Shown piece by piece: positions 17,754 to 34,100 of a stretch of DNA of 64,000 bases. The notes under the pieces are model-generated. The model saw nothing but the letters and a program-made list of their open reading frames with translations. It searched no databases and had not been told where the DNA came from. The translations under genes were made by a program, and so were the position numbers. Within the stretch, counting starts at the first letter, position 1, and the number at the start of each line of letters is the position of its first letter. Source of the stretch: the human T2T-CHM13v2.0 reference genome, Homo sapiens; the NCBI RefSeq assembly GCF_009914755.1, contig NC_060925.1, one strand, 5' to 3'.

Positions 17754-18460
17754 GATGCGGGGAAGGGACGGGGTCGAGTCGGGGCAGAACGGTGGCCTCT
17801 CTTTCGCGGGGAATACCTGGCTGGCTATGGAGGGGCGTGTCTTCCCCCCGCCCCCTCCACTGGCCTGACCGGCCTGGGATTCCTGCCTTCTTGGTCTAGG
17901 CCCGGTGAGAGACTCCACACAGTGGAGAACTGCCATTCTTTCCGGGGCATCCCGGGGATCCCAGAGCCAGCCCAGGTACCAGCAGGTGGGCCGTCTGCTG
18001 CTCACGCACAGGTTTGCGGGCAGCCGCCTCGGCTGTGGGAGCAGCCCGGGCAGAGCTCTCATGCCTTTCCAACACCCCACCCACTCCTGACCACCCCCAC
18101 CCCACCCCCACCACCCACCCCCAGAAAATGCGTCCTCCCCTGGGCTGGGTGGAGACCCCCTTCCCGCGAAACACCAGGCTCGTGCAGCATCCAGGCCTGA
18201 AACCCCTCTGGCGGCTCGCCTCCTCTGCGCCTCCATGCCACCGTGGCCTACTCGCCCGTGCCCCTGCAGCCTCCAAGCTGCCACCATGGAGCCCCTGGCG
18301 GCAGAACGGAGACCTCTAGCTCTCTTTGCCGGCCTCCTGGCTAGACCTTCGCTCATTGGGCACCCCGGCTGTCGTGCAAGGGAGCCCACTGGCCTCTCTG
18401 TGCCCTTGTCCAACCGTGAAATTCCGGCTGAGGCTCTGCCAACACCTTCCGACGCTCTTT
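17754..18460 (+). other. Homolog of DUX4 3'UTR exons 2/3 and the 4qA pLAM region (representative; present in cassettes 1-4, 8 and 9, partly in 5 and 7)
   Basis: gtctaggcccggtgagagactccacac..cccag|GTACC (KpnI site 17975-17980, donor)..cctggctAG|acct (exon-3 acceptor ~18344), running into beta satellite as recalled for the distal 4qA unit. Confidence 0.8.
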
Positions 18461-20688
18461 AGTCAGAGCCTGGAGAATAGTTACATCTCCTGGATGATCG
18501 ATTCAGAAATATGTCACAATGCCCCCTCCCTGTGGTGGCTAGAGAAGATTTGCATCATTTGGGTGATCAGTTCAGAGATATATCACAATGTCCCCTGTAT
18601 AAAAAGCCTGGAAATGATTTACATCACCTCGGTGATGAGTGCACAAGTATTTCAGAAATCCCCAGTAGGCTGAACCTAGACAAGGGTTAGGTTATCAGTG
18701 TAGAGATATGTGAAAATTCCCTTGTAGACAGACCCTAGACAAGTGTTACATCACCTAGTGATCAGTGCAGGGATAAGTCGTAAAGCCTCCTGTATGCAGA
18801 GTATAGACAACTGTTTCCTCCCTGGGGTGATCAGTGCAGTGCTATGTCACAAAGCCACTGTAAGCAGAACCTTAACAAGGGTTACATCACCTGTTTGATC
18901 AGTGGAAACGTATATTACAAAGTCCCCTGTAGGCAAAGCCCAGACAATTGTTACATCCCCTAGGTGAGCAGTGGAGAGATCTGTCACAATGTCCCTGTAG
19001 GCAGAGCTTAGACAAGGGTTACATCACCCGGGTGATCAGTGCAGAGATATGTGAGAATTCCCATGTAGGCAGAGCCTAGACAAGTGTTACATCACCTAGG
19101 TTATCAGTGCAGGTATAAGTCATAAAGCCTCCTATAGGCAGAGCGTAGACAAGAGTTCACTCCCCAGGGTGATTAGTGCAGAGATGTGTCACAAAGCCCC
19201 TGTAGGCAGAGCCTAAACAAGTGTTTCATCACCTGGTTGATCAGTTCAGAGATGTGTCACAATGTCCATGTAGGCAGATCTAAGACAAGTGTCCATCACC
19301 TGGGTAATCAGTGCAGAGATATGTACCAATGTCCCCTGTAGGCAGTGCCTAGACAAGAGTTGCATCACCTGAGATCAGTGCATAGATATGTCATAAAGCC
19401 TTCTATAGGCAAAGCCCATACAAGGCTTACATCAACTAGGTGATCAGTGCAGTCATATGTGACAAAAATCCCTGTAGACAGAGCCTAGACAAGACTCCCA
19501 TCACCTGGGTGATCAGTGCAGAGATATGTCACAAATCCCCCTCCAGGCAGAGTATATAGAAGAGTCCCATCACCTGGGTGATCAGTGCAGAGATAAGTCA
19601 CAATGCCCCAATAGGCAGAGTGTAGACAAGAGTTACATAACCCGGGTGATCCGTGCAATGGGATGTCACAACGCCCTCTGTAGGCAGAGAATAGAAAATA
19701 GTTACATCACCTCGGTGATCAGTGCAGTGATATGTCACAATGTCGTGTAGCCAGAGACTAGACTAAAGTTACAGCACCTGGGAGATCAGTGCAGAGATAT
19801 GTCATAATGTCCCCAGTAGGCAGAGACCAGGCAAGAGTTGGATCACCTCGGGATCAGTGCAGAGATATGTCTCAATCTCCCTGTGGGCACAGCCTAGACA
19901 AATGTTACATCACCTCGGTTAACTGTGCAGAGATATGTCAAGGTTCCCCTGTAGGCAGAGCCTACACAATTGTTACATCACTTAGGTGATCAGTGCAGAG
20001 ATATGCCACAATACAACCTGTAAGCAGAGCCTAGACAAGAGTTTCATCACCTGGGTGATCAGTGCACAGATATGTGACAAGGCCCCTTTAAGCAGAGCCC
20101 AGACAATAGTTACATCACATGAGTGACCAGGGCAGAGAACTGTCACAATGCCCCTGCAGGCAGAGCTTAGACCAGTGTTACATCACCTGTGTGAGCAGTG
20201 CAGAGATATGTCACAAGGCCCCCTATAGGCAGAGCCTGGACAAGATTTACATCACCTCGGTGATCAATGCAGTGATATGTCATTATGCCCCGTAGGCAGA
20301 GCCTAGTCAAACGATACATCACCTGGGTGATCAGTGCAGAGATATGTCACAAAGCCCCCATAAACAGAGCCCACACAAGTGTCCCATCACCTGGGTGATC
20401 AGTGCAGAAATATGTCACAATGCCCCCATAGGCAGATCCAACACAAGAGTTACATCACCTGGGTGATCAGTGTAGAGATATGTCACAATGCCCCCGTAGG
20501 CAGATCCAACACAAGTGTTACATCACCTGGGTGATCAGTGTAGAGATATATCACAATACCCCCATAGGCAGAGCCTAAACAAAATTCCCATCACTTGGGT
20601 AATCAGTGCAGAGATATGTCACAAAGACCCTGTAGGCAGAGCCTAGACAAGCATTACATCACTGTGTTGATCAGTTCAGAGATGTGTC
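18461..20688 (+). repeat. Beta satellite array, forward orientation
   Basis: 68-bp monomers. Confidence 0.97.
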
Positions 20689-23458
<2,770 letters not shown>

Positions 23459-26400
23459 GTCAAACCCTGGAGAATAGTTACATCTAAAGGATGATCAGCA
23501 CAGAAATATGTGACAATGCCCTCTGCCTGGGGAGCCTAGAGAAGATTTGCATCATTTGGTTGATCAGTGCAGAGATATATCACAAAGTCCCCTGAATAAA
23601 AAGCTTGGAAATTATTTACAACACCTCGGTGATCAGTGCTTAGGTATGTCAGAAATCCCCAGTAGGCTGAACCTAGACAAAGATTACATCACTTAGGTGA
23701 TCCTTGTATAGATATGTGAAAATTCCCATGTAGACAGAGCCTAGACAAGTGTTACATCACCTAGTGATCAGTGCAGAGATAGTCGTAAAGCCTCCTGTAG
23801 GCAGAGTGTAGACAAGTGTTTCCTCCCTGGGGTAATCAGTGCAGAGATATGTCACAAAGCCCCTGTAAGCAGAACCTTGATAAGGTTTACATCACCTGTT
23901 TGATCAGTGGAAAAGGATATCACAAAGGCCCCTGTAGGCAAAACCCGACAATTGTTACATCACCTGGGTGAGCAGTGGAGAGATCTGTCACAATGCTCCT
24001 GTAGGCAGAGGTTAGACAAGGGTTACATCACCTGGGTAATCAGTGCAGAAATATGACAAAACACTCTTGTAGGCTGAACTTAGAGAGGAGTTACATCACC
24101 TGGGTGATCAGTGCAGAGATATGTGAGAATTTCCCTGTAGGCAAAGCCTAGACAAGTGTTACATCACCAAGGATATCAGTTCAGGTATACGTCATAAAGC
24201 CTCCTGTAGGCAGAGCGTAGACAAGAGTTCCCTCCCCAGGGTGATCAGTGCAGAGATGTGTCACAAAGCCCATGTAGGCAGAGCCTAGACAAGAGTTTCA
24301 TCACTTGGTTGATCACTTCAGAGATGTGTCACAATGTCCATGTAGGCAGATCTAAGACAAGAGTCTATCACCTGGGTGATAAGTGCAGAGATATGTACCA
24401 ATGCTCCCTGTAGGCAGTGCCTAGACAACAGTTGCATCACCTCAGAGATCATTGCATAGATATGTCACAAAGCCTTCTATAGGCAAGGCCCATACAAGGC
24501 TTCCATCACCTAGGTGGTCAGTGCAGTGATATGTCACAAAAATCCCTGTAGACAGAGCCTAGAAAAGAGTTACATAATCTGTGTGATCAGAGCAGATATT
24601 TGACACAATGCCCCCATTGACAGAGCCTAGACAAGACTACCATCACCGGGGTGATCATTACAGATTATCTCACAACTCCCCCTCTAGGCAGAGTATCGAG
24701 AAGAGTCCCATCACCTGGGTGATCAGTGCAGAGATACTTCACAATGACCCTGTAGGGAGAGAGTGGACAAGAGTTACATAACCAAGGTGATCTGTGTAGA
24801 GTTACGTCACAATACACCCTGTAGGTTCAGCCTAGACAAGAGTAACATCACCTGGGTGATCAGTGCAGAGATACGTCACAATACTCACTATAAATGGAGC
24901 CTAGACAAGAGTTACATCACCTGGGTGATCAGTACAGACATATGTCACAAAGTCCCTCTAGGTAGAGCCTAAACAAGAGTTACATCACCTGGGTGATCAG
25001 TGCAGAAATATGTCACAAAGACCCTGTAGGCCGAGCCTAGAAAAGAGTTACACCTCCTGGGCGATCAGTGCAAAGATATGTCACAAAGCCCCCTGTAGAC
25101 AAATCCTAAAAAATTGTTACATCTCCTGGATGATCGTTAGAGACATCTTTCACAATTCCCCTTTAGGCACAGCATAGACAAGTGTTACATCACAAGAGTG
25201 ATCCGTGCAGAGATATGTCACTATGCCCCCATAGGCAGATCCAAGACAAGAGTCCATCACCCGGGTGATCAGAATAGAAATATGCCACAATGCCGCCAGT
25301 AGGCAGATATAGAAAAGAGTTACATCACCTGCTTGATCACTGCAGAGATATGTCAAAATACCCCTGTAGGAAGAGCCTAGACAGGAGCCCCATCACCTGG
25401 GTGATCAGTGCAGAATTATGTCACAATGCACCCTTTTGGCAGAGACTAGACAAGGGTTACATCACCTCGGTGATCAGTGCAGAGATGTGTCACAAGCACC
25501 CTGTAGCCAGAACCTAGACAAAGATTACATCAGCTGTGTGATCACTGCAGTGACATGTCACAATGTCCCTGTAGCCATATCCTTGACAAAAGTGACATCA
25601 CCTTGGTGATCAGTGTGGAGATATGTAACAATGTCTCCAGTAGGCAGAGCCTACAGAAGATTTACATCACCTGGGTGATCAGGGCAGAGATATGTCACAA
25701 CGCCCCCTGTAAGCAGATCCCAGAAAAGAGTTGCATCACCTTGGTGATCAGTGCACAGATATGTCTCAATGTCCCCTGTCGGCAAAGCCTATAAAAGAGT
25801 TACATCATCTCGGTGATCAGTGCAGTGATATGTTAAAATGCCCCTGTAGGCAGAGCCTAGACAAGAGTTACATCACCTGGCTGATCTGTGCAGAGATATC
25901 TGACAATACCTCCTGTAAGCAGAGCCTAGACAAGAGTTACATCACCTGGGTGATCAGTGCAGAGATATGTCATAAACCCCACTGTAGGAAAAGCCTAGAC
26001 AAGTTTTACATCACCTCAGCAATCATTGAAGAGATATGTCCCAATGTCCCTCTAGGCAGAGCTTAGACAAGAGTCACATCTCCTGGGTGATCAGTGCAGA
26101 GATAAGTCACAATGCCCCCATAGGCAGAGCCTAGACAGGAGTTACATAACCCGGGTGATCCGTGCAGAGGGATATCACAACCCCCTCTGTAGGCAGAGCA
26201 TAGAAAAGAGTTACATCATCTTGGGGATCAGTGCAGAGATATGTCACAATGCCCCTGTAGGCAGAGCATAGAGAAGAGTTCCATCACCTGGGTGATCAGT
26301 GCAGAGATATGTCACAATCTCCCCTGTAGGCAAACCCTAGGCAAGAGTTACATAACCTTTCTCATCAGTTCAGGGATATGTGAAAACGCCCCTGTAAGCA

Positions 26401-29298
26401 GAGCCTAGAAAACTGTTACATCACCTAGTTGATCAGTGCAGAGATATTTCACAATACCCTCTGTAGGCAGATTCTAGATAAGAGTTGAATCACCTGGGTG
26501 ATCAGTGCAGAGATATTGCACAATGCACCCTTTGGGCCGAGGGTAGACAAGACTTACATCACCTAGGTGATCAGTGCAGAGATTTGTCAAAATCCCTGTA
26601 GGCAGTGCTTATAAAAGTGTCACATCACCGAAGTGATCAGTGCGGAGATATGTCACAAAGCTCCTGCAGGCAGAACTTAGATGAGTTACATCACCTGGGT
26701 GGTCAGTGCAAAGTATGTCACAAAGCCCCTGTAGGCAAAGCCTAGACAATAGTTACATCACTTGGTTGTTCAGCGGCGAGATCTCTCACAATTCCCCTGT
26801 AGGCAGAGCTTATACAACAGTTACATCACCTGGGTGATCATGCAGAGATATGTCACAGTGCCCCATAGGCAGATCCAAGACAAGAGTCAGTCACCTGGGT
26901 AATCATCACAGAAATATGTCACAATGCCCCCTAAGGCAGAGCCTAGAAAAAAGCCCCATCACCTGGATGATCAGTGCAGAATTATGTCACAAAGTCCCTT
27001 TAGGCAGTTCCTAGAAAAGAGTTACATCACTTGGATGATCATTGCAGAGATATGTCACAATGCCACTGTAGGCAGAGCCTAGACAAGAGTTACATGACCT
27101 AGGTGATCAGTGCAGAGATACGTTGCAATGCCCCAGTAGGCAGAGCCTAGACAAGAGTTGCATGACCTAGGTGATCAGTGTAGAGATTCGTCACAATGCC
27201 CCTGTAGGCAGAGCCTTGACAAGTGATATATCACCTGGGTGATCATTGCAGGGATATGTCACAAAGCACCCTGTGGGCAGATGCTAGAGAAGACTTATAT
27301 CACCTGGGTGATCAGTGCAGAGATATTTCACAATGCCACTGTTGGCAGAGTCTAGAAATGTGTCCCATCACCTGGGTGATCAGTGCAGAGTTCTGTCACA
27401 ACACCCCTGTAGGCAGAGCCTTGACAAGTGGTATATCACCTGGGTGATCATTGCAGGGATATGTCACAAAGCACCCTGCAAGCAGATCCTAGAAAAGAGT
27501 TACATCACCTAGGTGATCAGTGCAGAGATTTCTCAAAATTCCCTGTAGGCAGTGCTTATAAAAGTGTTACATCACCTAAGAGATCAGTGCAGAGATATGT
27601 CACAAAACTCCTGTAGGCAAAACTTAGATGAGTTACATCACCTGTGTGATCAGTGCAAAGGTATGTCACAATGCCCCCATAGGCAGAGCCTAGACAAAGC
27701 CCCAACACCTGGATGATCAGTGCAGAGTTATGTCACAAAGTCCCTTTAGGCATATCTTAGACAAGTGTTACATCACTTGAATGATCAGTGCAGAGATATG
27801 TCACAATGCCACTGTAGGCAGAGCCCAGACAAGAGTTACATGACCTAGGTGATCAGTGCAGAGGTACATCGCAATGTCCCTGTAGGCAGAGCCTTGACAA
27901 GTGGTATATCACCTGGGTGATCATTGCAGGGATATGTCACAATGCACCCTGTAGGCAGGTCCTAGAAAAGATTTACATCACCTAGGTGATCAGTGCAGAG
28001 AAATGTCACAATGCCACTGTTGGCCGAGCCTAGACAAGAGTCCCATCACGTGGGTGATCAGTGCAGAGATCTGTCACAATGCCCCTGTAGGCAGATCCCA
28101 GAGAAGAGTTATATCACCTAGGTGATCAGTGTAGAGATGTGTCACAAGACCCCTGTAGGCAGAGCCTAGACAAAGGTTATATCTCCTGGGTGATCAGTGC
28201 AGTGTTATGTCACAATGTCGTGTAGCCAGAGCCTAGACTAAAGTTACTACAGCTGGGAGATCAGTGCAGAGATATGTCACAATGTCCAAAGTAGGCAGAG
28301 ACCAGTCAAGAGTTGGATCACCCCGGGATCAGTGCAGACATATGTCTCAATCCCCCTGTGCGCACAGCCTAGATAAGAGTTACATCAACTCGTTTGACAG
28401 TGCAGAGATATGTCAAAATGCCCCTGTAGGCAGAGCCTACACAGGAGTTACATCACTTAGGTGACCAGTACAAAGATATGTCACAATACCTCCTCTAAGC
28501 AGAGCCTAGACAAGAGTTACATCACCTCGGTGATCAGTGCAAAGATATGTGACAAGGCCACTTTAAGTTGAGCCTAGACAATAGTTACATCACCTGAGTG
28601 ATCAGTGCAGAGAATTGTCACAATGCCCCTTTAGGCAGAGCTTAGACCAGAGTTACTTCACCTTGGTGATCAGTGCTGAGATATGACACAATGCCCCCAT
28701 AGACAAATCCAAGCCAAGTGTCCGTCACCTGGGTGATCAGTGCAGAAATATGTGACAATGCCCCCAGTAGGCAGAGCCTAGAGTAGAGTCCCATCAACAG
28801 TGTGATCAGTGTAGAAATATTTCACAATGCCCCTGCAGGCAGAGCGTAAGCAAGAGTTACATCACGTAGATGATCAGAGCAGAAATATGTCACAAGGCCC
28901 CCTATAGGCCGAGCCTGGACAAGAGTTACATCACCTCGGTGATCAATGCAGTGATATGTCACCATGCCCCGTAGGCAGAGCCTAGTCAAGCATTACATCA
29001 CCTGTGTGATCAGTGCAGTGATATGTCACAAAGCCCCCATACACAGAGCCTAGACAAATGTCCCATCACCTGGGAGATCAGTGCAGAAATATGTCACAAT
29101 GCCCCCATAGGCAGATCCAACACAAGAGTTTCATCACCTGGGTGATCAGTGTGGAGATATGTCACAATGCCTGCATAGGCAGAGCCTAGACAAAGTCCCA
29201 TCACCTGGGTGATCAGTGCAGAGATATGTCACAAAGCCCCTGTGGGAAGAGCCTAGACAAGAGTTACATCACTTTGTTGATCAGTTCAGAGATGTGTC
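23459..29298 (+). repeat. Beta satellite array, forward orientation
   Basis: 68-bp monomers. Confidence 0.97.
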
Positions 29299-31137
<1,839 letters not shown>

Positions 31138-34100
31138 GTCAAAACCTGGAAAATAGTTACATCTCCTGGATGATCGGTTCAGAAATATGTCTCAATGCCC
31201 CCTCCCTGCGGAGACTAGAGAAGATTTGCAACATTTGTGTGATCAGTGGAGAGATATATCACAATGTCCCCTGTACAAAAAGCCTGGAAATGATTTACAT
31301 CACCTAGGTGATCACTGCATAGGTATGTCAGAAATCGCCAGTAGGCTGAACATATACAAGGGTTACGTCACTTAGGTGATCAGTGGAGAGATATGTGAAA
31401 ATTCCCGTGTAGACAGAGCCTAGACAAGTGTTACATCACCTAGTGATCAGTGCAGGGATAAGTCGTAAAGCCTCCTGTAGGCAGAATGTAGAAAAGTGTT
31501 TCCTCCCTGGGGTGATCAGTGCAGAGATATGTCACAAAGCCCCTGTAAGCAGAACCTTGACAAGGGTTACATCACCTGTTTGATGAGTGGAAATATATAT
31601 CACAAAGCCCCCTGTAGGCAAAGCCCAGACAATTGTTAAATCCCCTGGGTGAGCAGTGGAGAGATCTGTCACAATGCCCCTGTAGGCAGAGCTTAGACAA
31701 GGGTTACATCACCTGGGTGATCAGTGCAGAGATATGTGAGAATTCCCGTGTAGGCAGAGCCTAGACAAGTGTTACATCACCTAGGTTATCAGTGAAGGTA
31801 TAAGTCATAAAGCCTCCTGTAGGCAGAACGTAGAAGAGTTCCCTCCCCAGGGTGATCAGTGCAGAGATGTGTCACAATGTCCATGTAGGCAGATCTAAGG
31901 CAAGAGTCCATCACCTGGGTGATCAGTGCAGAGATATGTACCAATGTGCCCTGGAGGCAGTGCCTAGACAAGAATTGCATCACCTCAGAGATCAGTGCAT
32001 AGATATGTCACAAAGCCTACTGTACACAAAGCCCATACAAGGCTTACATCACCTAGGTGTTTATTGCAGTGATATGTCACAAAAATCCCTGTAGACAGAG
32101 CCTAGACAAGAGTTACATCATCTGGGTGATCAGTGCAGATATTTGACACAATGCCCCCATAGACAGAGCCTAAACAAGACTTCCATCACCTGGGTGATCA
32201 GTGCAGAGATATGTGACAAATCCCCCTCTAGGCAGAGTATAGAGAAGAGTCCCATCACCTGGGTGATCAGTGCAGAGATATTTCACAATGCCCCCTGTGG
32301 GCCGAGAGTGGACAAGAGTTACATAACCTAGGTGATCTGTGCAGAGCTATTTCAAAACGCACCTGTAGGCAGAGCGTAGATAAGTGTTACATCACCTGGG
32401 TGATCAGTACAGAGATATGTCACAAAGCCCCTGTATGCAGAGCCTAAAGAAGAGTTACATCACCATTTTGATCAGTGCAGAAATATGTCACAAAGCCCCA
32501 GTAGGCCGAGCCTAGACAAGACTTACATCTCCTGGGAGATCAGTGCAAAGATATTTCACACAGCTCCCTGTAGACAAATCCCAGAAAATTGTTACATCAC
32601 CTGGGTGATCAGTGGAGATATCTGTCACAATTCCTCTTCAGGCACAGCTTAGACAAACGTTACATCACATGAGTGATCAGTGCAGAGATATGTCACTATG
32701 CCCCCATAGGCAGATCCAAGACAAGAGTCCATCACCTGGGTGATCAGTGCAGAAATATGCCACAATGCCGCCAGTAGGCAGATACAGACAAGAGTTACAT
32801 CACCTGCATGATCACCACAGAGATATGTCAAAATGTCACTGTGCGCAGAGCCTAGAAAAGAGTCCCATCACCTGGGTGATCAGTGCAGAGTTATGTCACA
32901 ATGCCCCCTTTGGCAGAGCCTAGACAAGGGTTACATCACTTCGGTGATCAGTGCAGAGATGTGTCACAAAGCCGCTGTAGGCAGAGCCTAGACATGACTT
33001 CCATAACCAGGGTGATCAGGGCAGAGATATGTCACAAATCACCCTCTAGACAGAGTATAGAGAAGAGTGCCATCACCTGGGTGATCAGTGCAGAGATATT
33101 TCACAATGCCCCTGTAGGAAGAGAGTGGATAAGAGTTACATAACCTAGGTGATCTGTGCAGAGCTATGTCAAAACGCCCCTGTAGGCAGAGCCTACATAA
33201 ATGTTACATCACCAGGGTGATCAGTGCAGATATACGTCACAATACCCCCTGCAGGTGTAGCCTAGACAAGTTACATCACCTGGGTGATCGGTGCAGAGAT
33301 ATGTCACAAAGCCCCTGTAGGCAGAGCCTAAACAATGGTTACATCACCTGGGTGATCAGTGCAGAAATGTGTCACAAAGCCCCTGTAGGCCAAACCTAGA
33401 CAAGAGTTACATCTCCTGGGTGATCAGTGCAAAGATATGTCACAAAGCCCCCTGTAGACCAATCCCATAAAATTGATACATCATCTGGGTGATCAGGGGA
33501 GACATCCGTCACAATTCCCCTCTAGGTGCAGATTAGACAAGAGTTACATCACATGGGTGATCAGTACAGATATGTCTCAAAGCCCCTGTAGGCAGAGCCT
33601 AGACAAGAGTTTCATCACTTGGTTGATCAGTTCAGAGATGTGTCACAATGTCCATGTAGGCAGATTTAAGACAAGAGTCCATCTCCTGAGTGATCAGTGC
33701 AGAGATATGTTCCAATGTCCCCTGTAGACAGTGTCTAGACAACAGTGGCATCACCTCAGAGATCATTGCATAGATATGTCACAAAGCCTTCTGTAGGCAA
33801 AGCCCATACAAGGCTTACAACACCTAGGTTATCAGTGCAGTGATATGTCACAAAAATCCCTGTAGACAGAGCCTAGAAAGATTTACATCACCTGGGTGAT
33901 CAGTGCAGATATTTGACACAATGCCCCCATAGACAGAGCCTAGACAAGACTTCCATCACCTGGGTGATCAGTGCAGAGATATGTCACAAATCCCCCTCTA
34001 GGCAGAGTATAGAGAAGAGTCCCATCACCTGGGTGATCAGTGCAGAGATATTTCACACTGCCCCCAGTATGCAGAGAGTGGACAAGAGTTACATAACCTA

